Part shown: positions 26,523 to 34,152 of the stretch, piece by piece
Layout: every line of letters starts with the position of its first letter
Numbering within the stretch: the stretch's first letter is position 1
IMG/VR virus record: IMGVR_UViG_3300030060_007423
Span: 106,802-170,801 of that record
From: a virus
Length of the DNA: 64,000 nt
Reading direction: 5' to 3' (one strand)
The notes under the pieces: generated by a model
What the model saw: only the letters and a program-made list of their open reading frames with translations
The model's database searches: none
Told to the model about the DNA's origin: nothing
Program-made: the position numbers and the translations under genes

Positions 26523-27521
26523 ATGATTAATTATGGATACGCTTGTATTAACCTAGAGTTAAGAAAGCAAAAAATTACAACTAATCGTGGAATGATTAGA
26601 AGAACCTTCGACGCAAAGGGTCTACCCTATGTATCTGAAATAGCTATAAAAAATATTACTGACCAATTAAAGATTGTACAATGGAATATCGAAAATGGTA
26701 TTAGTGTATATCGAATGTCAGGTAGTTTATTTCCGTGGATGAGTGAATATGAATTTTCTGAATTACCCGAGTACGATACTATTAAATCTATACTTGCTGA
26801 AACAGGTAAGTTAGCTATGGATAATGGACAAAGACTATCCTTCCACCCTGGACAATTTTGTGTTCTTTGTTCACCTACACCAAAGACTGTTGACAATGCA
26901 ATTATTGAACTGGATAGACATTCACAAATAATGGATATGATGGGATTACCAATATCACCAGCTGCAAAGATTAACATACATGTTGGTGGTGCCTATGGTG
27001 ATAAAGAATCAGCACTTAAACGTTGGTGTAAAAATTTCAAAAGATTAGAACCAAATACTCAGAAACGTTTAGTTGTTGAAAATGACGACAAAGCAAGTAT
27101 GTATTCAGTACAAGATTTATATGAAGGTGTACATAAGGTTATAGGCATACCAATTACATTTGATTATTATCATCATAAGTTCTGCACAGGTGGATTGACA
27201 GAGGAAGAAGCGCTAAAGCTAGCTGCAAGTACCTGGCCAAAAGATATAAGACCATGTACTCATTATTCAGAATCTAGAAGATATGAGCAGAAACTTATGA
27301 TGGAACAAATATGTGAACGTAATGATATTCCATTTAAGGCATTAGAAGAAACGCCAGACGAATGGCCTACATTATCTAATCACCTTAAGGAATTCAAAAA
27401 AACTAAAGAGCAAGCACATTCAGATTATATATTGGAAAAACCAGATTGCTATGGTTTGGACATTGACTGTGTTGTAGAAGCAAAAGCAAAAGAACAATCA
27501 ATTATTAATTTTATTAACTAA
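26523..27521 (+). CDS. uvsE: UV-damage endonuclease
   Basis: GYACIN, YRMS, RLSFHPGQF, INIHVGG, LVVENDD, FDYYHH, HYSES, AHSDYI, EAKAKE. Confidence 0.95.
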   Translation: MINYGYACINLELRKQKITTNRGMIRRTFDAKGLPYVSEIAIKNITDQLKIVQWNIENGISVYRMSGSLFPWMSEYEFSELPEYDTIKSILAETGKLAMDNGQRLSFHPGQFCVLCSPTPKTVDNAIIELDRHSQIMDMMGLPISPAAKINIHVGGAYGDKESALKRWCKNFKRLEPNTQKRLVVENDDKASMYSVQDLYEGVHKVIGIPITFDYYHHKFCTGGLTEEEALKLAASTWPKDIRPCTHYSESRRYEQKLMMEQICERNDIPFKALEETPDEWPTLSNHLKEFKKTKEQAHSDYILEKPDCYGLDIDCVVEAKAKEQSIINFIN

Positions 27522-27553
27522 GACCGGCTTGCAGCCCAACTGCTAAATTAAAG

Positions 27554-27868
27554 ATGGCAAGAAATAAATATCGTAGACAGCCTTGGAAAAAACAACAGAA
27601 AACAGTTCATAACCAACACAAACCATTTAATCCTGGTAAGTATGGTAAACTATGGGCATCAATGAATTGGGAGTGCGAATGGGGTAGAACACCTCAAGGA
27701 GATGCACAAGGACCAGTTATTGGTAAATTATGTATTGGAGGACAACAGTTTGAATTAACATGGACAGAATGTAACAGATTAATTGAAACTTTAACCGATG
27801 CAAAACACCAACATAAAGTTGGAACATCAATGGGGTTTGAAAGAGGACACGGAACTTATAGAGGCTAA
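27554..27868 (+). CDS. Hypothetical protein
   Basis: 104-aa ORF. Confidence 0.55.
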   Translation: MARNKYRRQPWKKQQKTVHNQHKPFNPGKYGKLWASMNWECEWGRTPQGDAQGPVIGKLCIGGQQFELTWTECNRLIETLTDAKHQHKVGTSMGFERGHGTYRG

Positions 27869-27892
27869 TATTTATATAAAAGGAGAAGCGTT

Positions 27893-28138
27893 ATGGAAAT
27901 TGTATTATCAATATGTTTAGGTTTAACTTTAGGTTTTGTTGGTTCATATTTTTACATGAATAAAAAACTAACAAATATGGAATCTGAATTTGAACAGTTT
28001 AAGTTTGACAAAGCATTTATTGTTAAATGTTTAAGAGATGAATTAAAAAAAGTTCAACCTAAACCAAGAAAGAAGTACTATTCAAAAAATGGCAAAAGCA
28101 AATCAACACGTAAAGAAGGTAACCGAAAGACTGCTTAA
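27893..28138 (+). CDS. Small membrane-anchored protein
   Basis: N-terminal TM helix, basic tail; AAGGAG RBS. Confidence 0.55.
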   Translation: MEIVLSICLGLTLGFVGSYFYMNKKLTNMESEFEQFKFDKAFIVKCLRDELKKVQPKPRKKYYSKNGKSKSTRKEGNRKTA

Positions 28139-28418
28139 TGCGTCTGAACAAATAGACGACTTAAAAAGTGTTGGCGGTAGTGATGGACTATTTAAGGCAA
28201 TTACAAATATGGGTGAAAAGAATCTAGACTATATGGAAAAAATTGAATCAATAGAAAGACTAATGATTACAACAGAAAGTTTAGATTCTGACATTCATAA
28301 AAATGTTATTGTAAGTTCAAAAGAATATTTATTACAGAATGGTACATTAACCAAAAACATGATGTTGAGCTTAAACCAAATATATACATATTATAAAAAC
28401 ATGCGAGGTAATATATGA
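28089..28418 (+). CDS. Hypothetical protein
   Basis: 109-aa ORF. Confidence 0.5.
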   Translation: MAKANQHVKKVTERLLNASEQIDDLKSVGGSDGLFKAITNMGEKNLDYMEKIESIERLMITTESLDSDIHKNVIVSSKEYLLQNGTLTKNMMLSLNQIYTYYKNMRGNI

Positions 28419-28606
28419 TGATAATTCCAGAACAATACAAAAATGATTTGGATAAAATATATGAAAGAACTAAAAACTCTAATGAAAAAATGTTAATGGA
28501 ATTCAAAAAGTATTTTATGAATGTTGAACCAAAGGAGTTAAATTCAGACTGGGCATGGGTAGCAACACAATGTTATCATGTATATAAAAATAAATCTGAC
28601 CGCTAG
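28415..28606 (+). CDS. Hypothetical protein
   Basis: 63-aa coupled ORF ending at the tmRNA 5' boundary. Confidence 0.45.
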   Translation: MMIIPEQYKNDLDKIYERTKNSNEKMLMEFKKYFMNVEPKELNSDWAWVATQCYHVYKNKSDR

Positions 28607-28822
28607 TACTTATGTCAGCTGCATTCTTGGACCCGGGTTCGAATCCCGGCATCTCCACTAAAACCCATTATGATATGGGGATGACACGGATTTGACAGGA
28701 TGATAAGAGCATAAGGAAGGTCACCGCAACAACTGGCGAACAAGTTGAAATGGCGATGGCAGCGTAGTACGCTCCCTGACCCGAACGGTATAAAAGAGGT
28801 CATGTCGTAAAAACCTCGGAGG
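28596..28822 (+). ncRNA. ssrA: Circularly permuted (two-piece) tmRNA; tag (A)GEQVEMAMAA*; outer boundaries approximate
   Basis: T arm CCGGG-TTCGAAT-CCCGG and 3' acceptor strand CATCTCC-A (28633-28657) precede the 5' strand GGGGATG (28677-28683) with G3.U70; D-loop GGATTTGAC; helix 2 pairings; tag ORF 28735-28767. Confidence 0.9.
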
Positions 28823-28842
28823 ATGGTAGGTAAACTATAATT

Positions 28843-29586
28843 ATGAGCATAGAAACAAAATATTTTTCAATTGACGATTTATATAACGTAGATAACAAAT
28901 CTTCGTTTTGGAAATTTATAGAGGGCGAAGTAAAAGTTGCTTTAAGTAAATCTTCAATGTCAAGTTCAAAAAAAGCAGATGCTCTTAATCTATTTAAGAA
29001 ACAATATATTAAAAAGTTTTTTATAAGACATACTAAATCACCAAGTGATTATAATAAACCTTGGGATTTAGATAAATATGACCTAGAGTCAATTAAAAAT
29101 AATACAGATGGTCAATGGGCACCACCACCTAATGCTGATGACTATAGGTTTGATTTAGAAAATGCTCAATATGTAATTGAAAAATTTATATGGATGCAAA
29201 TACACCCAGATGATAGAAGGGATTTATTTGATAATGATATTGATAAATTTGATGACTGGGTTGTAACATTATCTGAATCACAAATAGATGAAGTTGTACA
29301 AAAAATTCAAAATGGTGAAAGACTAGGTGATCTTGATTATGAAAGTATAAAGGATTCACTATATGAACTTGATGATGGTACAATCAGAGTATTTAAGATA
29401 GACGGATTAATGATTATGTCTTCACTAAATAAAGATTCGCTGGAAACAGCATGCGTAAAAATCTTTATGAAGAAAGGTATAACATTTAAGTATAGAACAA
29501 CTGAAAACTATAAAGGAAAAACTGTACACTCCTATATATTTAGGATTGACGGACGTAATGACAATAAAAATGACAATATGTCATAG
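28843..29586 (+). CDS. Hypothetical protein
   Basis: 247-aa ORF. Confidence 0.6.
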   Translation: MSIETKYFSIDDLYNVDNKSSFWKFIEGEVKVALSKSSMSSSKKADALNLFKKQYIKKFFIRHTKSPSDYNKPWDLDKYDLESIKNNTDGQWAPPPNADDYRFDLENAQYVIEKFIWMQIHPDDRRDLFDNDIDKFDDWVVTLSESQIDEVVQKIQNGERLGDLDYESIKDSLYELDDGTIRVFKIDGLMIMSSLNKDSLETACVKIFMKKGITFKYRTTENYKGKTVHSYIFRIDGRNDNKNDNMS

Positions 29587-29612
29587 TTACTATAGTTTGC
29601 ACAGTTTTTTCA
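29559..29612 (+). promoter_or_regulatory. Palindrome TGACA-N3-TGTCA plus sigma54-like element upstream of hsp20
   Basis: TGACA 29559, TGACAATATGTCA 29571-29583; TTGCACAGTTTTTTCA 29597-29612 resembles TGGCAC-N5-TTGCA. Confidence 0.4.
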
Positions 29613-29646
29613 GTATATTAATTAAAGGTTATATAATGGTTATATT

Positions 29647-30152
29647 AAGTGTACTGAGTAGGCACAAAATTAAAATTATCTAAGGAGATTAATTATGGGA
29701 AATTATTTTTTACATGAGCGGTTGTTTCCAACCGACTTATTTTTCAAAAACTTTTTTGATACACAAACTGAGTTTCAATCGTTTGCAGATGTTAAGCCAC
29801 AATATCCAGTTGATATTATGGTAACAGATTATGCACTAACGTTTGATATTGCATGTGTTGGTTTGGACAAAAAAGATATAACATTAGACGTTACTGATAA
29901 TACCTTACGGGTTATCTATGAAAAACCAAACATTGAATCAAATCCATCTGATGAAGATGCAGGTGAATATATCCATAGAGGTATTACTCGGAAGAGTTTT
30001 AATATGGGTTGGAAAATTGCACCACGGTATGATTTGAGTCAAATAGAAGCAGTTATGAAAAACGGATTGTTAAGTATAACAATTCCATTGTTTGAAGAAG
30101 CAAAACCAAAAACAATTAAAATTAAATAAATAGTGTTTTACTCAGTACACTT
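29647..30152. repeat. Inverted repeat enclosing hsp20 (arms 29647-29665 and 30133-30152)
   Basis: AAGTGTACTGAGTA/TACTCAGTACACTT 14 bp perfect, extendable with G.U pairs. Confidence 0.8.
29695..30129 (+). CDS. Small heat-shock protein (Hsp20/alpha-crystallin)
   Basis: YPVDI, IACVGLDKKDI, YIHRGITRKSF, AVMKNGLLSITIP, KPKTIKIK. Confidence 0.93.
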   Translation: MGNYFLHERLFPTDLFFKNFFDTQTEFQSFADVKPQYPVDIMVTDYALTFDIACVGLDKKDITLDVTDNTLRVIYEKPNIESNPSDEDAGEYIHRGITRKSFNMGWKIAPRYDLSQIEAVMKNGLLSITIPLFEEAKPKTIKIK

Positions 30153-30160
30153 TTTTTATT

Positions 30161-30394
30161 ATGAACTATAGAATATTCAAACATAATAACAAGTTATATA
30201 AGGTATTAAGAGAAATACCACAAAGCAATTGTGACCCACGACTATATGGTATCAATTCAAATGATTTTATGAAGGTATTACATGTTTGGAAGGAATGGTG
30301 TTTAGCAGACCATGTATTACGAACTGCTAAAGGGGAAGAAATAGTATTTTTACTATGTGAAACAATACAAGAAGCTGAAATAATATCAGAATAA
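30161..30394 (+). CDS. Hypothetical protein
   Basis: 77-aa ORF. Confidence 0.5.
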   Translation: MNYRIFKHNNKLYKVLREIPQSNCDPRLYGINSNDFMKVLHVWKEWCLADHVLRTAKGEEIVFLLCETIQEAEIISE

Positions 30395-30434
30395 ATTGTA
30401 TTGTTTTTATATTTATTAAATAAAGGAGAAAGTT

Positions 30435-30614
30435 ATGAGATATAAGCAGAAAGTATCTGAAAATCTTGACAAGGCAACGCAAACCATGTCAACAGCAATT
30501 AAGGCATTAAATAATAATAGTGTAACGAGGGAAGAGGCATTGAGAGTATTAAAACAATGTCAACACAATATATTGGAGGCAAGCAAATTTGTATCATTAG
30601 AGAATGAAGGCTAG
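30435..30614 (+). CDS. Small hypothetical protein (59 aa, below ORF-track cutoff)
   Basis: AAGGAG RBS and upstream TATTTAT; MRYKQKVSENLDKA... Confidence 0.5.
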   Translation: MRYKQKVSENLDKATQTMSTAIKALNNNSVTREEALRVLKQCQHNILEASKFVSLENEG

Positions 30615-31782
30615 AATATTTCCATTTATTATTGCATTGGCTGCTTTGGCAGTGTCAGGCTCAGCGGCGTTTTACTCAGTCTTTGGATTGAGTAAATTGT
30701 TTGCAGGTGCTAGTACACAAGTTATAATAATGGCTGGTAGTCTTGAATTTGCCAAACTAGTTTGTGCTTCACTATTATATCAATATTGGGGTATTATAAA
30801 TAAGTGGTTACGATTTTACTTATCTGTAGCAGTATTTGTTTTAATGGTTATAACTAGTGGTGGTATTTACGGATTCTTATCAGGAGCATACCAAGAAACG
30901 GCAACCAAGTCAGAATTCCTAGATAAGTCATTAGCTGTATTGCAAACTAAACAGGAAAGGTTTGAAGAACAAAAGACAGACCTTACTCTAGAAAAGACAC
31001 AACTAAATACAACCATTTCTGATTTAAGAACATCATTATCAAATCCAACATCAGTATCATATTGGGATGAAAATTCTCAATCAGTAATTACAACAACATC
31101 TAGTTCTACTAGGAGAGCATTACAATCAGAATTAAAAACCACAATTGAAGATAGAGATAATATAAATCTAAAATTGGAAGCTGTAATGGATTCAGTAATG
31201 AGAATTGATACAGAACTATTAGATTTAGAAATTGGTAATGAAGAACAAAGAGAACTAGGACCACTTAAATACCTATCAGAAACTACAGGGAAAGAAATGG
31301 GACAAGTTGTTAATTGGTTTCTACTTTTAATAATATTTGTATTTGACCCATTAGCAATTGCAATGGTTGTTGCAGCTAACTTTGCATTTGCACAAGTAAA
31401 AAAACCTAAACTAGTAGAAGATGACGGTGATGAGGTTGTTGAGGTTGAACCAACACTATTCAAAGATGAAGTTGTATGTGATAAACCACCAGGGTTAGAA
31501 TATGATACACCATATACGTTAGATGAAATAAAAGAAAAGTGGGAAGCAGCAGAAAAGGAAGAAGTTCAGAAAGAAGAAACTGTTGAAATACCTGTTAGTG
31601 AAATAAAGAGATGGCGTGAAGATGGTACTGATAACCTTTATGGTGAAGACACAATATCAGACAAGAGACTAATAGAACTATCTCATGCAAACGATATAGA
31701 CACTGATGAAATTATCAGATTATTAAATGAAGGCGAAAGAGCCACAGTTATAAATTTATTAAAACAAAAAGGACGGTTATGA
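30604..31782 (+). CDS. Multi-TM membrane protein with coiled coil (conserved in large myoviruses)
   Basis: AAFYSVFGLSKLFAG, LEFAKLV, TSGGIYGFLS, ELGPLKY, IFVFDPLAI. Confidence 0.7.
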   Translation: MKARIFPFIIALAALAVSGSAAFYSVFGLSKLFAGASTQVIIMAGSLEFAKLVCASLLYQYWGIINKWLRFYLSVAVFVLMVITSGGIYGFLSGAYQETATKSEFLDKSLAVLQTKQERFEEQKTDLTLEKTQLNTTISDLRTSLSNPTSVSYWDENSQSVITTTSSSTRRALQSELKTTIEDRDNINLKLEAVMDSVMRIDTELLDLEIGNEEQRELGPLKYLSETTGKEMGQVVNWFLLLIIFVFDPLAIAMVVAANFAFAQVKKPKLVEDDGDEVVEVEPTLFKDEVVCDKPPGLEYDTPYTLDEIKEKWEAAEKEEVQKEETVEIPVSEIKRWREDGTDNLYGEDTISDKRLIELSHANDIDTDEIIRLLNEGERATVINLLKQKGRL

Positions 31783-32375
31783 AAAACAATAGAACACCAA
31801 AAATACGAGGCGCAAAAAAATCTACATATCATAGAATAACTAAAGAACAACAAAAAAAGTTTGATAGTGAATGTGAACATACTATTGAATATAGAAAGGG
31901 TTATAAGTGGAACCAAAGACCTGATGCAATATACAGATATATGACGTGTAAAACTTGTGGTCAATTTGAACTAGTTGGTGAAACCGCAACAGCAGTGACA
32001 TGTCATGAATGTGTTAATGAACTAGTTGAACCGCCACAATATAAATCAGTTAAAAAATCTGATAGACCAGCTGGGTGGCATTTTATGAAAGAATTTGTAG
32101 ATAAGGATGGTACTGTTTATCATAGAGGAAAAGAACAACCAAAACTTAAAGGAACTCTTGAACCAACAACCATTGAGCCTAAGAAAAGGTTGACAAAGAA
32201 GGAGAAAGATAAACTTAAGCAGCATGCATCTTCACAAATCTTTGACCTTAAAAAACAATTGAAAAAAGCAAGGTGGAAAAAAGATAAGCGTAAGCTTATG
32301 AGCGAAATAAAGTACCACACAAGAGTACTTAACAATAGAATCCCTAAAGATTATCAAGAAAAAATCTCTAAATAA
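31779..32375 (+). CDS. Zinc-ribbon basic protein
   Basis: CKTC...CHEC; GWHFMKEFVDKDGTVYHRG. Confidence 0.6.
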   Translation: MKNNRTPKIRGAKKSTYHRITKEQQKKFDSECEHTIEYRKGYKWNQRPDAIYRYMTCKTCGQFELVGETATAVTCHECVNELVEPPQYKSVKKSDRPAGWHFMKEFVDKDGTVYHRGKEQPKLKGTLEPTTIEPKKRLTKKEKDKLKQHASSQIFDLKKQLKKARWKKDKRKLMSEIKYHTRVLNNRIPKDYQEKISK

Positions 32376-32384
32376 TTTTTTATT

Positions 32385-32407
32385 GTCAATTATTTTGGTT
32401 ATATTAA
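32385..32407 (+). promoter_or_regulatory. Phage promoter, YCAA-N8-GTTATATT class
   Basis: GTCAA-ttattttg-GTTATATTAA. Confidence 0.55.
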
Positions 32408-32440
32408 AGTATAATAACTAAAAAGCAATAGACAAGAATT

Positions 32441-32701
32441 ATGAAAAAAAGATTAATACACTTCTTTGGACTAATAGGAATAATATCGGCATTGTTCGTA
32501 TTAGGTTCAATTGTAATAATTATTCCATCAATTCCAATAAAAATATTTTGGAATCAAGTAATATGTAGTTTAACAGATGCTAGTGAAATGAGTTGGACAA
32601 TAGCCATTATTTCATCTGCATGTTTATGGTGGTTGTGGTTAATCTATGAAGCGGCTACAACAAAAGTTTGGAGTGAAGAAAAGAAACGATGGACAAAATA
32701 A
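32441..32701 (+). CDS. Small membrane protein
   Basis: Two TM segments. Confidence 0.55.
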   Translation: MKKRLIHFFGLIGIISALFVLGSIVIIIPSIPIKIFWNQVICSLTDASEMSWTIAIISSACLWWLWLIYEAATTKVWSEEKKRWTK

Positions 32702-32919
32702 TTTACATTAGAGGTACGTATTCCAAAGAAGTCCAAAAAATTGAATTAGATGTTACTGAAAATCTAGATGTTGATGACTTTAAGAGAGTATGTAAAAGGT
32801 TAGCAAGTGTTTTAGGATATAGTCCAGAAAGTATTAGTGAAGCATTTGATAATGAGCCAAGAGAATCTAAAACACCAATAAAGAAAATATTAAAAGATGA
32901 CTATAAGCGACAAAAATAA
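32689..32919 (+). CDS. Hypothetical protein
   Basis: CKRLASVLGYS motif; coupled ORF. Confidence 0.55.
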   Translation: MDKIIYIRGTYSKEVQKIELDVTENLDVDDFKRVCKRLASVLGYSPESISEAFDNEPRESKTPIKKILKDDYKRQK

Positions 32920-33544
32920 TTTATACGACGAGCCTGTAACAAAGGAGACTCCGAAAAAAGAAAAGGAATCTGAACCAAAGGTTGTATCAATAGATAACGA
33001 CCAAATTTTATATCGTGAAATAGATTATGCTATGGACATTGGTGATAGTGTAATTTATCTTTGTGGTGAAATAGGTGACTTTGCTTCTTTTGATTTTATG
33101 ACACGGTGTAGAACAATTCTTAAGACCCGTGAAGAGAATGATAACAATCCAATTAATGTAATATTGAATTCACCAGGTGGTGACCTATATGAAATGTTTG
33201 CAATCATAGATTATATGTCAACATTAAATGTGGATGTAAATATAATTTGTAGAGGCCAAGCAATGAGTGCAGCAGCAATGATACTCGCATGTGCAACAGG
33301 CCAAAGAATAGCAAGTAAACATTCAACAATAATGTTTCATGAAGCGTCCGCATTTCAAGTTGGTAAACATTCAGACATACAGGCAGCGGCAAAGTATCAA
33401 GATATTCTAGAGAACAATTGTAATATCTTACTAGGTGAAAAAACAAAAAAAGATTCTAAGTGGTGGTCTGAAAAAACAAAAACAGATATGTTCTTAACAC
33501 CAAACGACGCATTAGAATTAGGTATAATCGATAAAATAATATAA
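32897..33544 (+). CDS. clpP: ClpP-family serine protease subunit
   Basis: IYLCGEI, INVILNSPGG, GQAMSAAAMIL (catalytic Ser), IMFHE (His), DMFLTPNDALELGIIDKI (Asp). Confidence 0.9.
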   Translation: MTISDKNNLYDEPVTKETPKKEKESEPKVVSIDNDQILYREIDYAMDIGDSVIYLCGEIGDFASFDFMTRCRTILKTREENDNNPINVILNSPGGDLYEMFAIIDYMSTLNVDVNIICRGQAMSAAAMILACATGQRIASKHSTIMFHEASAFQVGKHSDIQAAAKYQDILENNCNILLGEKTKKDSKWWSEKTKTDMFLTPNDALELGIIDKII

Positions 33545-33545
33545 T

Positions 33546-34142
33546 ATGAAAAAATCAACACAAGTATTTTTAGCAATAGCTTTAGCAATGTTAACATCAG
33601 TATATATAATAATAACTACTGTGTCATATGAAAAAGATATTGAAAAATTAAATGAAGAAATCTTTCACTTAAAAGATGAGGTACAAACTCTTTACGTAGA
33701 CTTAGAATTTGACCATTCATATATAACCGAATTGGAATCACAATTAGATTCAATACATGCAAGGTTTATGATATTTGATTCACCACCAGGTCGTGACGTT
33801 ATAGATATATTAAATGCAATTGTACAAGTAGAAAGTGGAGGTGATCCATCTGCCCATGCTAAAGGTGAAGATGCTGTTGGAATTTTACAAATAAGAAAGT
33901 GTATGGTTGATGATGTAAACAGGATATTAGAAAGGCAAGGTATTTCCAAAAGATTTACATATATAGATAGATGGGATATTATAAAGTCATATGAAATGTT
34001 TAATATCTTTTGTGATTATTATGGACTAACAACAGCTGAAGAAATGGCTAGGTGTTGGAATGGTGGTCCAAGAGGAATAAACAACCCTGCAACATTAGGG
34101 TATTGGGATAAAGTAGAAAATATATTAGATATTAACTCATAG
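33546..34142 (+). CDS. Membrane-anchored lysozyme-like protein (transglycosylase / i-type-like)
   Basis: N-terminal TM + coiled coil; AIVQVESGG, AVGILQI, MARCWNGGPRG. Confidence 0.8.
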   Translation: MKKSTQVFLAIALAMLTSVYIIITTVSYEKDIEKLNEEIFHLKDEVQTLYVDLEFDHSYITELESQLDSIHARFMIFDSPPGRDVIDILNAIVQVESGGDPSAHAKGEDAVGILQIRKCMVDDVNRILERQGISKRFTYIDRWDIIKSYEMFNIFCDYYGLTTAEEMARCWNGGPRGINNPATLGYWDKVENILDINS

Positions 34143-34152
34143 GGAAAAGATT

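Noticed and set aside
27522-27553. Small GC-rich patch after uvsE (GGCT/AGCC versus GCAG/CTGC) as a riboswitch or terminator
   Set aside because: Only 4-bp overlapping stems, no U tract, no match to a family I recognise
28615-28803. 62-aa minus-strand ORF, or a simple tRNA-Ala fragment/attP site
   Set aside because: Both acceptor strands, helix 2 and a tag frame are present in permuted order, so tmRNA explains the locus better
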